DNA of 32,000 nucleotides from Kineococcus radiotolerans SRS30216 = ATCC BAA-149 (GTDB lineage Bacteria; Actinomycetota; Actinomycetes; Actinomycetales; Kineococcaceae), in contig NC_009664.2 in NCBI RefSeq assembly GCF_000017305.1, positions 1,590,001 to 1,622,000 on the forward strand, given 5' to 3'. Both the position numbers and the translations under genes were made by a program. Below, piece by piece: positions 1-16,116 of the stretch. Position 1 is the stretch's first letter; each line of letters begins with the position of its first letter. The notes under the pieces are model-generated. The model made no database searches. It was not told the origin of the DNA and saw only the letters and a list, made by a program, of their open reading frames with translations.

Positions 1-451
1 GCTCGAGGAGCTCCTCGTCCTCGACCATGTCGGCCTTGTTCAGCGCGACGACGATGTAGGGGACGCCGACCTGGCGGGCCAGGATGACGTGCTCCTTCGT
101 CTGCGGCATCGGGCCGTCGGTGGCCGCGACCACGAGGATGGCGCCGTCCATCTGCGCCGCACCCGTGATCATGTTCTTGATGTAGTCCGCGTGACCCGGG
201 CAGTCGACGTGGGCGTAGTGACGCGCCTCGGTCTGGTACTCGACGTGCGCGATCGAGATCGTGATGCCGCGCTGGCGCTCTTCGGGCGCCTTGTCGATCT
301 GGTCGAACGCCGACGCCTTGTTCAGCTCCGGGAACTTGTCGTGCAGCACGCGGGTGATCGCCGCGGTCAGCGTCGTCTTCCCGTGGTCGATGTGACCGAT
401 CGTGCCGATGTTGACGTGCGGCTTGGTCCGCTCGAACTTCGCCTTCGCCAC
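1..451 (-). CDS. tuf: Elongation factor Tu, N-terminal ~150 codons (3' part lies beyond the window start)
   Basis: Not in ORF track (open at window edge). Reverse complement from GTG 451..449 reads [32 protein letters not shown]...[41 protein letters not shown] (P-loop [13 protein letters not shown]). SD GAGGAGG at 459-465, 7 nt upstream. Follows fusA as in the str operon. Confidence 0.97.
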   Translation of the reverse strand, partial: MAKAKFERTKPHVNIGTIGHIDHGKTTLTAAITRVLHDKFPELNKASAFDQIDKAPEERQRGITISIAHVEYQTEARHYAHVDCPGHADYIKNMITGAAQMDGAILVVAATDGPMPQTKEHVILARQVGVPYIVVALNKADMVEDEELLE

Positions 452-557
452 TGGGGGTCCTCCTCGGACTGTCGTTATTTCCCCGACCCGGTTCAACGGG
501 TGGGTGGGTGACCTGGCTGGTCACTGGCCCACACGGCGGTGGTCCAGGGGTCGTGCA

Positions 558-588
558 GGGGGGACGGTCCGGCGTGGGCCGTCCCCCC
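558..588 (-). terminator. GC stem-loop in the fusA-tuf spacer (candidate attenuator/processing hairpin, no U-tract)
   Basis: GGGGGGACGG (558-567) pairs perfectly with CCGTCCCCCC (579-588), 11-nt loop. Lies 19 nt downstream of the fusA stop (607-609). Confidence 0.4.
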
Positions 589-606
589 GAGTGCGTCAGG
601 AGAGGG

Positions 607-2709
607 TCACTCCCCGCGGACCTTCTTCACGATCTCGTCCGCCACGTTCCGCGGGACTTCAGCGTAGTTGGAGAACTGCATCGAGTAGACCGCCCGGCCC
701 TGCGTCTTCGACCGGAGGTCGCCGACGTAGCCGAACATCTCGGACAGCGGGACGGAGGCCTTCACGAGCTTGGCCCCGCTGACGTCCTCCATGGACTCGA
801 TCTGCCCACGGCGGGAGTTCAGGTCGCCGATGACGTCGCCCATGTAGTCGGCGGGCGTACGCACCTCGACGGCCATGACGGGCTCGAGCAGCACGGGCTG
901 AGCCTTGCGGACAGCTTCGCGCAGGACCATCTTGCCCGCGATCTTGAAGGCCATCTCCGACGAGTCGACGTCGTGCGCCGCACCGTCGATGAGGGAGGCC
1001 TTGATGCCGACGAGGGGGTACCCCGCGACGACACCCTCCTGCATGGCCTCCTGGATGCCGTTGTCCACGGAGGGGATGTACTCGCGCGGGACGCGGCCAC
1101 CGGTGACGGCGTTCACGAACTCGTAGAACGTCCCGTCCGCGGTGTCCAGGGGCTCGATCGAGACCTGCACCTTGGCGTACTGGCCCGAACCGCCGGTCTG
1201 CTTCTTGTGGACGTAGTCCTCCTTCAGCACCGCGCGACGGATCGTCTCGCGGTAGGCGACCTGCGGCTTGCCGACGTTCGCCTCGACCTTGTACTCGCGC
1301 TTCATCCGGTCGACGAGGATGTCGAGGTGGAGCTCGCCCATCCCCTTGATGATCGTCTGACCGGTCTCCTGGTCGAGCTCGACCTGGAAGGTCGGGTCCT
1401 CCTCGGCCAGGCGCTGGATCGCGGTGCCGAGCTTCTCCTGGTCGCCCTTGGTCTTGGGCTCGATGGCGACCGAGATGACGGGCTCGGGGAAGGTCATCGA
1501 CTCGAGGACGACCTGCTGAGCCGAGTCGGACAGCGTGTCGCCCGTCGTCGTCTCCTTCAGGCCGATCATCGCGTAGATGTGACCCGCGCGGGCCTCGTCG
1601 ACCGGGTTCTCCTTGTTGGAGTGCATCTGGAAGAGCTTCCCGATGCGCTCCTTCTTGCCCTTGGTCGAGTTCACGACCTGCGAGCCGGCCGCGACGACGC
1701 CCGAGTACACCCGGACGTAGGTCAGCTTGCCGAAGAACGGGTGCGCCGCGACCTTGAACGCGAGGGCCGAGAACGGCTCGGTCGCGTCCGGCTTGCGGAT
1801 GATCTCCACCGACTCGTCGCCGACCTTGTGCCCGATCATGGGCTTCACGTCGAGGGGCGAGGGGAGGTAGTCGATGACCGCGTCGAGCATGGGCTGGACG
1901 CCCTTGTTCTTGAACGCGGAGCCGCAGAAGATCGGGTACAGCTCGCTGTTGATCGTCAGCTTGCGGACCGCGGCCTTGATCTCCTCGGGGGTGAGGTCCT
2001 CGCCGCCGAGGTACTTCTCGAGGAGGGCCTCGTCGGTCTCGGCCACGCGCTCGACGAGCTTGGCGCGGTACTCGTTGGCCTGGTCGAGGAGGTCCGCGGG
2101 GATCTCCTCGACGGTGTAGTCGGCGCCCATCTGGACCTCGCCGCGCCAGGTGAGGGCGCGCATGTGGACCAGGTCGACGACGCCGGCGAAGGAGTTCTCC
2201 GCGCCGATCGGCAGCTGCATGACCAGCGGCTCGGCGCCCAGGCGGTCGCTGATGGTGCCGACGGTGAAGAAGAAGTCGGCGCCCAGCTTGTCCATCTTGT
2301 TGACGAAGCAGATGCGCGGGACGTCGTACTTGTCCGCCTGCCGCCACACGGTCTCGGACTGGGGCTCGACACCCTCCTTGCCGTCGAAGACGGCGACCGC
2401 GCCGTCGAGGACGCGCAGGGAGCGCTCGACCTCGACCGTGAAGTCGACGTGGCCGGGCGTGTCGATGATGTTGATCTGGGTGCCCTCCCAGAAGCAGGTG
2501 GTGGCGGCGGAGGTGATGGTGATGCCCCGCTCCTGCTCCTGAGCCATCCAGTCCATCGTGGCCGCGCCGTCGTGGACCTCGCCGATCTTGTAGTTGATCC
2601 CCGTGTAGAAGAGGATCCGCTCCGTCGTCGTGGTCTTGCCGGCGTCGATGTGCGCCATGATGCCGATGTTGCGGACCTTGGTCAGGTCCGTCAGCACGTC
2701 CTGTGCCAC
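607..2709 (-). CDS. fusA: Elongation factor G
   Basis: 700-aa [52 protein letters not shown] GTPase motifs. GTG start with GGGAAGAGG SD. Sits between rpsG and tuf. Confidence 0.98.
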   Translation of the reverse strand: MAQDVLTDLTKVRNIGIMAHIDAGKTTTTERILFYTGINYKIGEVHDGAATMDWMAQEQERGITITSAATTCFWEGTQINIIDTPGHVDFTVEVERSLRVLDGAVAVFDGKEGVEPQSETVWRQADKYDVPRICFVNKMDKLGADFFFTVGTISDRLGAEPLVMQLPIGAENSFAGVVDLVHMRALTWRGEVQMGADYTVEEIPADLLDQANEYRAKLVERVAETDEALLEKYLGGEDLTPEEIKAAVRKLTINSELYPIFCGSAFKNKGVQPMLDAVIDYLPSPLDVKPMIGHKVGDESVEIIRKPDATEPFSALAFKVAAHPFFGKLTYVRVYSGVVAAGSQVVNSTKGKKERIGKLFQMHSNKENPVDEARAGHIYAMIGLKETTTGDTLSDSAQQVVLESMTFPEPVISVAIEPKTKGDQEKLGTAIQRLAEEDPTFQVELDQETGQTIIKGMGELHLDILVDRMKREYKVEANVGKPQVAYRETIRRAVLKEDYVHKKQTGGSGQYAKVQVSIEPLDTADGTFYEFVNAVTGGRVPREYIPSVDNGIQEAMQEGVVAGYPLVGIKASLIDGAAHDVDSSEMAFKIAGKMVLREAVRKAQPVLLEPVMAVEVRTPADYMGDVIGDLNSRRGQIESMEDVSGAKLVKASVPLSEMFGYVGDLRSKTQGRAVYSMQFSNYAEVPRNVADEIVKKVRGE

Positions 2710-2783
2710 GGTTTACTGCCTCTTCCCTGGGATCGAGGGGGTGAGTCGGCCACTCCGGCTGAGCAGCGTGCCCGCCACTGGGG

Positions 2784-3254
2784 TCACCAGCGGTAGTGCG
2801 CGAAGGCCCGGTTCGACTCGGCCATCTTGTGGGTGTCCTCACGACGCTTCACCGCGGCACCGAGGCCGTTCGAAGCGTCCAGGATCTCGTTGAGCAGACG
2901 CTCGGTCATCGTCTTCTCGCGACGCTGACGGGCGTAACCGACGAGCCAGCGCAGGGCCAGCGTCGTGGAGCGGGTGGGGCGCACCTCGATGGGCACCTGG
3001 TAGGTCGAACCACCGACGCGGCGGGACTTGACCTCGATCGCGGGCTTGACGTTGTCGAGCGCGCGCTTGAGCACGACGACGGGGTCGCCACCGGTCTTGT
3101 CGCGGGCACCCTCGAGGGCGCCGTACACGATGGACTCGGCGACGGACTTCTTCCCGTCGAGGAGGATCTTGTTGACGAGCTGCGTCACCAGCGGGGACTG
3201 GTAGACGGGGTCCACCACGAGGGGACGCTTGGGTGCGGGGCCCTTGCGCGGCAT
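2784..3254 (-). CDS. rpsG: 30S ribosomal protein S7 (uS7)
   Basis: 156 aa, [37 protein letters not shown]... ATG lies 1 nt after the rpsL stop. AAGGAG SD sits inside the rpsL 3' end. Confidence 0.97.
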   Translation of the reverse strand: MPRKGPAPKRPLVVDPVYQSPLVTQLVNKILLDGKKSVAESIVYGALEGARDKTGGDPVVVLKRALDNVKPAIEVKSRRVGGSTYQVPIEVRPTRSTTLALRWLVGYARQRREKTMTERLLNEILDASNGLGAAVKRREDTHKMAESNRAFAHYRW

Positions 3255-3255
3255 G

Positions 3256-3630
3256 TCAGCTCTTCTCCTTCTTGGCGCCGTAGCGGCTGCGCGCCTGCTT
3301 GCGGTTCTTCACGCCCTGCGTGTCGAGCGACCCGCGGACGATCTTGTAGCGGACACCGGGCAGGTCCTTCACGCGACCGCCGCGGACCAGGACCATCGAG
3401 TGCTCCTGGAGGTTGTGGCCCACGCCCGGGATGTAGGCGGTGACCTCGATGCCGCTCGTCAGCTTGACGCGGGCGACCTTGCGCAGAGCCGAGTTCGGCT
3501 TCTTCGGGGTCGTCGTGTAGACGCGCGTGCACACGCCGCGTCGCTGCGGGCTGCCCTTGAGGGCGGGCGTCTTGGTCTTGACGACCTTGTCCTCCCGGCC
3601 CTTGCGGACCAGCTGCTGGATGGTGGGCAC
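3256..3630 (-). CDS. rpsL: 30S ribosomal protein S12 (uS12)
   Basis: ORF track gives 172 aa from 3774, but conserved S12 begins at GTG 3630..3628: (V)[54 protein letters not shown]... = 124 aa. GGAG SD ~8 nt upstream. The 48 upstream codons are Arg-rich and look non-coding. Confidence 0.95.
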   Translation of the reverse strand: MPTIQQLVRKGREDKVVKTKTPALKGSPQRRGVCTRVYTTTPKKPNSALRKVARVKLTSGIEVTAYIPGVGHNLQEHSMVLVRGGRVKDLPGVRYKIVRGSLDTQGVKNRKQARSRYGAKKEKS

Positions 3631-3808
3631 CCTGTCTCCGTCTTTTTCGATCTTGTGTGTCGGCTGGTGTTCCTCGGGACGCACCGCCCGTCGTGGGCGG
3701 CGCTCGACCCCGGCCGACCCACGAGGTCGGGCGTGTCGTTCGGTCGAGGTCCCGCGGCGGCGACGTCCTGTCACCTGGTCGCGGGCGCGCTCGTGTCAAG
3801 CGGACACG

Positions 3809-3838
3809 AGACTACCCGCCGCCTCTGGCAGTGGTCAA
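3809..3838 (-). promoter_or_regulatory. Candidate housekeeping-sigma promoter of the rpsL-rpsG-fusA-tuf operon
   Basis: Minus strand reads TTGACC (3838..3833), an 18-nt spacer, then TAGTCT (3814..3809; fits actinobacterial TAnnnT). It follows the rpoC terminator hairpin and lies ~180 nt upstream of the rpsL GTG. An 8-bp inverted repeat CTCGTGTC-N5-GACACGAG (3790-3810) overlaps the -10/TSS position. Confidence 0.45.
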
Positions 3839-3875
3839 AACGAGGTGGGCGCCGGGACGGCACCCACCGGGGGGC

Positions 3876-3903
3876 CGCCCCTCCCCCGGTGGGGGGAGGG
3901 GCG
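3876..3903 (-). terminator. Stem-loop 16 nt downstream of rpoC (candidate rpoBC terminator, no U-tract)
   Basis: CGCCCCTCCCCC (3876-3887) and GGGGGAGGGGCG (3892-3903) form a perfect 12-bp stem with loop GGTG. Confidence 0.6.
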
Positions 3904-3918
3904 ACCCGGTGGCGGTCC

Positions 3919-7800
<3,882 letters not shown>

Positions 7801-7889
7801 CGGAATCTTCTTTCTGTCGTGTGTTCCGAGGTCTGACTGTGTCCGTGGAACCCCTCAGCAGGGGCCCCGTTGGCCGGCCGGTGGCGGAG

Positions 7890-7914
7890 GGGGGAGGGCT
7901 CGTGGCCCTCCCCC
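7890..7914 (-). terminator. Stem-loop in the rpoB-rpoC spacer (attenuator/processing hairpin candidate)
   Basis: GGGGGAGGGC (7890-7899) pairs with GCCCTCCCCC (7905-7914), 10 bp perfect, loop TCGTG. Lies 13 nt downstream of the rpoB stop. Confidence 0.4.
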
Positions 7915-7926
7915 GCCCGCCGTCCG

Positions 7927-11427
<3,501 letters not shown>

Positions 11428-11731
11428 GAGTGGTCCTTCCACGGGCCTGCGAACTCTGCGCGCTGCCCGCCCCGCTCGGTCGTTCCCACGGCGACGACCG
11501 GCTATATGACTCTGGGCAGCGCAAAACAACAGAGTACCCCCGGTGGGCACGACTGTCCAACCCCCGGATCGAGGCGATCCGGGCGCTGAGCGCCGGCGAC
11601 CCCGGCTCCCCGACGACCTTGTCGGGGTGAGCGGGAGCCGTGATGACAACCGAGACGAGGATGTCCCCCCGGCGCCCTCGCGTCAAGGCGACTCCCCGCC
11701 CGTGTGGACGGCGGCCGGGACGGGGCCGGGA

Positions 11732-11777
11732 ACGCCGCAGGGGCGGCCGGGCGAGAGCCCGACCGCCCCTGGGGCGT
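11732..11777 (-). terminator. Long stem-loop downstream of rplL (candidate rplL-rpoB attenuator/terminator)
   Basis: 15-nt arms ACGCCGCAGGGGCGG / CCGCCCCTGGGGCGT pair 14/15. An inner CGGGC-GAGA-GCCCG helix extends the stem. Confidence 0.55.
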
Positions 11778-11781
11778 CGCT

Positions 11782-11800
11782 GCCCGGGTCAGACCCGGGC
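11782..11800 (-). terminator. Second short stem-loop, 6 nt after the rplL stop
   Basis: GCCCGGG-TCAGA-CCCGGGC, 7-bp stem. In tandem with the 11732-11777 hairpin. Confidence 0.4.
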
Positions 11801-11805
11801 GGGGG

Positions 11806-12192
11806 TCACTTGAGGGTGACGGTGGCGCCGGCGCCCTCGAGCTGCGCCTTGGCCTTCTCGGCAGCGTCCTTGGCGACCTTCTCGAGGACGGGCTTGGGGG
11901 CGCCGTCGACGAGGTCCTTGGCCTCCTTGAGGCCGAGGGAGGTCAGCGCGCGGACCTCCTTGATGACGCCGATCTTCTTGTCGCCGGCGGACTCGAGGAT
12001 GACGTCGAACTCGGACTGCTCCTCGGCAGCCTCGGCCGGGGCGCCAGCGGCGCCACCGGCGGCCGCGACGGCCACGGGGGCCGCAGCGGTGACGTCGAAG
12101 GTCTCCTCGAACTTCTTCACGAACTCGGAGAGCTCGATGAGGGTGAGCTCCTTGAACGCGTCGAGCAGCTCGTCGGTGCTGAGCTTCGCCAT
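11806..12192 (-). CDS. rplL: 50S ribosomal protein L7/L12 (bL12)
   Basis: 128 aa. [34 protein letters not shown], Ala-rich hinge, C-terminal [21 protein letters not shown] with GGAAGGA SD. Confidence 0.97.
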   Translation of the reverse strand: MAKLSTDELLDAFKELTLIELSEFVKKFEETFDVTAAAPVAVAAAGGAAGAPAEAAEEQSEFDVILESAGDKKIGVIKEVRALTSLGLKEAKDLVDGAPKPVLEKVAKDAAEKAKAQLEGAGATVTLK

Positions 12193-12263
12193 GAGGGCGG
12201 TCCTTCCTAGGGGTGGGGGTCCCGCGGTGAGCTGCGCGGGCAGGTGGTGGGCGAGCTGGACGC

Positions 12264-12836
12264 TCAGGCGTCCACGGTCTCGGCCGCGGGGGCCTCGACC
12301 GGTGCAGCCTCTGCGGGCGCGCCCGCAGCCTGCTTCTCCCGCAACGCTTCCACGGTGCGGACGGTCTTGGACAGCGGCGCCTGGAACAGCGCAGCGGCCT
12401 TCGACTGGGTGGCCTTGAGGACGCCGGCGACCTTGGACAGGAGCACCTCGCGGGACTCCAGGTCGGCCAGCGCCGTGACGTCGGCAGCGCTGATCGCGCG
12501 GCCCTCGAGCATGCCGCTCTTCACGATCAGCTGGGGGTTGGTCTTGGCGAAGTCACGCAGGCCCTTGGCCGCCTCGACCGGGTCACCGGTGATGAAGGCG
12601 ATCGCGGAGGGGCCGGAGAGCTGCCCCTCGAAGGCCGTGACACCGGCCTCCTTCGCGGCGATGGTGGTCAGCGTGTTCTTCAGGACCGCGTAGGTCGTGT
12701 CGGGACCCAGCGCCGTGCGCAGCTGCGTGAGCTGCGCGACGGACAACCCCCGGTACTCGGTGAGCACCGCGGCGTTGGACTCCTGGAACAGAGCCGTGAG
12801 CTGCTTCACGGCGGCGATGTTCCTGGGCTTCGGCAT
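12264..12836 (-). CDS. rplJ: 50S ribosomal protein L10 (uL10)
   Basis: ORF track gives 230 aa from 12956. Start reset to ATG 12836: [40 protein letters not shown]. Strong SD GGAAGGAGGG 5 nt upstream. 190 aa. Confidence 0.93.
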   Translation of the reverse strand: MPKPRNIAAVKQLTALFQESNAAVLTEYRGLSVAQLTQLRTALGPDTTYAVLKNTLTTIAAKEAGVTAFEGQLSGPSAIAFITGDPVEAAKGLRDFAKTNPQLIVKSGMLEGRAISAADVTALADLESREVLLSKVAGVLKATQSKAAALFQAPLSKTVRTVEALREKQAAGAPAEAAPVEAPAAETVDA

Positions 12837-13080
12837 GTGTGCCCTCCTTCCTCGTCTCGGGGGGAGCCGGCCGGGCCCCGAACGCACGAAACGCCCCGGC
12901 GCAGGTGCGCGGGGCGTCGGAGGGCAGCCTGGAGGCCGCGATCGAAGCTCGTTCACCTGCGCAGGTCGCCCGTGTCACGGGACCTTCTGCCACCTGCTCC
13001 TCGGGAGGGGCGGGCAGCGACCGGCGGTCTTCGGTACCGCTCCAGAGTACACGCCGTCACGGGGTGCCCGGACACGGACG
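12837..13080 (-). promoter_or_regulatory. Structured 5' leader of rplJ-rplL (possible L10-leader-type autoregulatory RNA)
   Basis: ~300-nt non-coding gap between rplA and rplJ. Hairpin ACGCCCCG...CGGGGCGT (12891-12917). The heptamer GCAGGTG/CACCTGC recurs at 12901-07, 12954-60, 12961-66 and 12991-97, allowing mutually exclusive helices. Identity with the Rfam L10_leader family not verified. Confidence 0.3.
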
Positions 13081-13121
13081 CCGCAGGGGCGGGACCCCGG
13101 TGCGGGGTCCCGCCCCTGCGG
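13081..13121 (-). terminator. Perfect 19-bp stem-loop 17 nt downstream of rplA (candidate rplKA terminator)
   Basis: CCGCAGGGGCGGGACCCCG (13081-13099), loop GTG, CGGGGTCCCGCCCCTGCGG (13103-13121). No U-tract. Confidence 0.6.
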
Positions 13122-13137
13122 GCGGTGCGGTGCGTCC

Positions 13138-13854
13138 TCAGACGGCGGTGGCCTCGCCGGTGAGGTTGCGGGTCAGGGTCGGGTCGACCGGGACGCCCGG
13201 GCCCATCGTCGTCGTGATGGTCGCCTTCTTGAGGTAGCGGCCCTTGGAGGACGACGGCTTCAGGCGCAGCACCTCGTCGAGCGCGGCGGAGTAGTTCTCG
13301 ACGAGCTGGGTGTCGTCGAAGCTCGCCTTGCCGATGACGAAGTGCAGGTTGGCGTGCTTGTCGGTGCGGAACTCGATCTTCCCGCCCTTGATCTCGCTCA
13401 CGGCCTTGGCCACGTCCATGGTCACGGTGCCGGTCTTCGGGTTCGGCATCAGGCCGCGGGGGCCCAGCACCTTGCCCAGGCGACCGACCTTGCCCATGAG
13501 GTCCGGGGTCGCGACGGCGGCGTCGAAGTCGAGGCGGCCCTTGGCGACCTCGTCGATGAGCTCGTCACCGCCGACGATGTCGGCGCCGGCGGCCTCGGCC
13601 TGCGCGGCGCGGTCACCGACGGCGAAGACCAGCACGCGGGCGGTCTTGCCGGTGCCGTGCGGCAGGTTGACGGTGCCGCGGACCATCTGGTCGGCCTTGC
13701 GCGGGTCGACGCCGAGGCGGAACGCGACCTCGACGGTCGCGTCGTACTTGACCGTCGACGTCTCGCGGGCCAGCTTGACCGCGTCGAGGGGGGCGTACAG
13801 CTCCTCGAAGTCGATCTTCTCGGCCGCTGCGCGGTAGGACTTGCTGCGCTTCAC
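13138..13854 (-). CDS. rplA: 50S ribosomal protein L1 (uL1)
   Basis: 238 aa. (V)[19 protein letters not shown]...[18 protein letters not shown]... GTG start with GAGGAG SD. Confidence 0.96.
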
Positions 13855-13966
13855 TTCTGCTCCTCGGGTGGGTTGAGGGTCGTGGTCGGACGGGCCGCGC
13901 GGGGCCCTGCCACAGGGGCGACCGGCCGGGTCCCGTCCCGGGTGGGGACGGGCCGGCCGGGAGGGG

Positions 13967-14398
13967 TCAGTCGGAGACGGTGATGCCCATCGACCGGGCG
14001 GTGCCGGCGATGATGCGGGCCGCCATGTCGACGTCCTTGGCGTTGAGGTCCTGCAGCTTCTGCTCGGCGATCTCGCGCACCTGGGCGCTGGTGAGGTTCG
14101 CGACCTTCTTCACGTGGGGCTCGCCGGAGCCCTTCTCCACGCCCGCGGCCTTCTTGATGAGCTCCGCGGCCGGCGGGGTCTTGGTGATGAAGGTGAACGA
14201 GCGGTCCTCGTAGACCGTGATCTCGACCGGGATGACGTTGCCGCGCTGCGACTCCGTCTGTGCGTTGTAGGCCTTGCAGAACTCCATGATGTTCACGCCG
14301 TGCTGACCGAGCGCGGGGCCGATCGGCGGGGCCGGGGTCGCCTGGCCGGCCTTGATCTGGAGCTTGATGAGCCCGGCGACCTTCTTCTTGGGGGGCAT
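13967..14398 (-). CDS. rplK: 50S ribosomal protein L11 (uL11)
   Basis: 143 aa. [46 protein letters not shown]... ATG with GAGGAAGGG SD. Confidence 0.97.
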   Translation of the reverse strand: MPPKKKVAGLIKLQIKAGQATPAPPIGPALGQHGVNIMEFCKAYNAQTESQRGNVIPVEITVYEDRSFTFITKTPPAAELIKKAAGVEKGSGEPHVKKVANLTSAQVREIAEQKLQDLNAKDVDMAARIIAGTARSMGITVSD

Positions 14399-14511
14399 GA
14401 GCGATCCCTTCCTCGGTGCGTGAACGGCCCTTCGGTGCCCGCGGTTCGGGCGACGAGTGGTTGGAGGCCGTCGTCCAGTCTACGGGCTGGCGCCCCGTGC
14501 CCCGACATCGA

Positions 14512-14547
14512 GACCGCCCCCACCCCCGGCGGGGAGTGGGGGCGGTC
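14512..14547 (-). terminator. Stem-loop 16 nt downstream of nusG (candidate terminator/attenuator before rplK)
   Basis: GACCGCCCCCAC (14512-14523) pairs with GTGGGGGCGGTC (14536-14547), 12 bp perfect. Inner CCCC-GGC-GGGG helix extends it. Confidence 0.55.
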
Positions 14548-14562
14548 CCGGCGGGGCGGGGC

Positions 14563-15525
14563 TCAGATCTTGGCGACCTGGTTGAAGTTGAGCTCGACCG
14601 GCGTCTCGCGCCCGAAGATCGAGACCAGCACGGTGAGCTTCTGCCGGTCCGCGGAGATCTCCGAGATCGTCGCGGGCAGGGTCTCGAAGGGGCCCTCCAT
14701 GACGGTGACGGACTCGCCGACCTCGAAGTCGACGACCCGCGCCGGCGCCGACGCGGTGCCACCACCGGTCTCGGTCTTCTCCCCGGCCTTCGCCGTGGGC
14801 TGCAGGGTGGGGGCCAGCATCGAGAAGATCTCGTCGTTGGACAGCGGCACGGGCTGGTGGGTGTTGCCCACGAAGCCGGTGACCCCCGGGGTGTGGCGCA
14901 CCGCGCCCCACGACTCGTCGGTCAGGTCCATGCGCACGAGCACGTAGCCGGGGATGCGGACCCGGCGCACGTTCTTGCGCGTCCCGTTCTTGACCTCGAC
15001 GACCTCCTCCATGGGCACCTCGACCTGGAAGATGTAGTCCTCCATGTTGAGGCTGGTCATGCGGGTCTCGAGGTTGGTCTTCACGCGGTTCTCGTAGCCG
15101 GCGTAGGAGTGGATGACGAACCACTCGCCGGGCATGCGCCGCAGCTTCTTGCGGAACTCCTCGGCCTCGTCGACCTCGCCCTCACCGGCGTCGAGCACCT
15201 CGGCGACCCCGGCGGCCGGCGCGCCGAGCACGTCCTCCGCGTCCCCGGCGTCGTCGCCCGGGAGCTCGTCGTCGGCGTCGTCACCGCCGGTGGCGGCGGC
15301 GGGGACGTCCTCGAGCACCTCGGCGTCCAGGTCACCGGCCTCGTCGCCCTCGACCGCGCCGATCACGTCGGCGACGGGCACGTCGGGGGTGTCCGCGGCC
15401 TGCTCGTCGTCGGCTTCCCGGTCGGCCTCGGCGTCCGCCTGGACGTCCTCGGCGTCGTAGGACTGGGTCGCGTCGTACTGCTCGTCCGACTGGTCGTCGT
15501 CCGAGGGACCCCACTGCTCCGACAC
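14563..15525 (-). CDS. nusG: Transcription termination/antitermination factor NusG with ~130-aa acidic N-terminal extension
   Basis: ORF track gives 477 aa from 15996, which runs over secE and tRNA-Trp. Start reset to GTG 15525 ([18 protein letters not shown]...) behind GAAGGAAG. NGN domain [21 protein letters not shown] and KOW domain [24 protein letters not shown]. 320 aa. A short form from ATG 15135 (190 aa) cannot be excluded. Confidence 0.9.
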   Translation of the reverse strand: MSEQWGPSDDDQSDEQYDATQSYDAEDVQADAEADREADDEQAADTPDVPVADVIGAVEGDEAGDLDAEVLEDVPAAATGGDDADDELPGDDAGDAEDVLGAPAAGVAEVLDAGEGEVDEAEEFRKKLRRMPGEWFVIHSYAGYENRVKTNLETRMTSLNMEDYIFQVEVPMEEVVEVKNGTRKNVRRVRIPGYVLVRMDLTDESWGAVRHTPGVTGFVGNTHQPVPLSNDEIFSMLAPTLQPTAKAGEKTETGGGTASAPARVVDFEVGESVTVMEGPFETLPATISEISADRQKLTVLVSIFGRETPVELNFNQVAKI

Positions 15526-15590
15526 GTGCTGACCTGCTTCCTTCGGGATCGGGTACTCGCGCGCACCGGACCGGCGCGCGCCGAGGTTCG

Positions 15591-15824
15591 TCAGGACCCG
15601 AACACCAGCAGGACGAGCTTGCCGATGCCGTAGTCCAGCGCGGACACGAAGAGCATCATCACCACGACGAAGACGAGGACGACACCGGTGTAGCTCAGCA
15701 GGTCCCGGCGGCTGGGCCAGACGACCTTGCGCAGCTCCTCGACGACCTGGCGGAGGAACAGCAGCAGCCCGGTGCGCTTCCTGGCGTCGGCGGGCCCCGC
15801 CTCGGCCTTCGTCGTCTGGCTCAC
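15591..15824 (-). CDS. secE: Preprotein translocase subunit SecE
   Basis: C-terminal part of the 252-aa track ORF: (V)[76 protein letters not shown] (77 aa). Single TM plus the conserved EL+KV.WP motif. Positioned tRNA-Trp/secE/nusG. Alternative GTG at 15875 would add rare CGA/AGA codons. Confidence 0.85.
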   Translation of the reverse strand: MSQTTKAEAGPADARKRTGLLLFLRQVVEELRKVVWPSRRDLLSYTGVVLVFVVVMMLFVSALDYGIGKLVLLVFGS

Positions 15825-15895
15825 CTCGACTGCCCCGCTTCTGTCGTGTGCTCGTCTTCGTGCGGACGCGTCCACTGGGACACGGGTGGTGCTCG

Positions 15896-15968
15896 CAGGG
15901 CAGGAGGGACTCGAACCCACAACCGCCGGTTTTGGAGACCGGTGCGCTACCAATTGCGCCACTGCCCT
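15896..15968 (-). tRNA. trpT: tRNA-Trp (anticodon CCA)
   Basis: Hand-folded 73 nt: AGGGCAG TG GCGC AATTGGTA GCGC A CCGGT CTCCAAA ACCGG CGGTT GTGGG TTCGAGT CCCTC CTGCCCT G. All four stems pair. 3' CCA not encoded. Confidence 0.95.
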
Positions 15969-16030
15969 GAGCGGATCGACCCGCCCCGCAGGGCACGCCT
16001 CACCACGGCGGTACCAGTACCGCCAGCACC

Positions 16031-16060
16031 ACCATAGGTGACACCTGCCCCCGCAGTCGA
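16031..16060 (-). promoter_or_regulatory. Candidate promoter for tRNA-Trp(-secE-nusG)
   Basis: Minus strand reads TCGACT (16060..16055), an 18-nt spacer, then TATGGT (16036..16031; TAnnnT). ~62 nt upstream of the tRNA 5' end. The -35 element is weak. Confidence 0.3.
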
Positions 16061-16116
16061 ACCCGTCCCGCCCGACCCGCGCCGCTCCCGGACCGGGGGA
16101 CCCCGGGGGTGGGAGG

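Noticed and set aside
470-500. TTGAAC upstream of tuf as a -35 element for a tuf-specific promoter.
   Set aside because: No acceptable -10 lies at 16-18 nt (GACAGT at 17 nt lacks the leading T). The implied start would fall inside the SD. It cannot be supported from sequence alone.
3876-3903. G-quadruplex potential of the G-runs (GGTGGGGGGAGGGGCG here, GGAGGGGGGAGGGC at 7887-7899).
   Set aside because: Each locus has only about two usable G-tracts. They are perfectly complementary to adjacent C-tracts, so a duplex hairpin is the far more likely structure.
11428-11649. In-frame N-terminal extension of rpoB to 1240 aa in the ORF track.
   Set aside because: The extension is Arg/Gly/Ser-rich and unlike any RpoB N-terminus. 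It contains hairpins and an AT-rich patch. The conserved sequence starts at TTG 11427, which has a well-placed SD.
15526-15996. Extension of the nusG ORF to 477 aa, and the 252-aa ORF 15591-16349.
   Set aside because: These extensions run across secE (in another frame) and straight through the tRNA-Trp gene. Conserved NusG and SecE sequences begin at the internal GTG codons.
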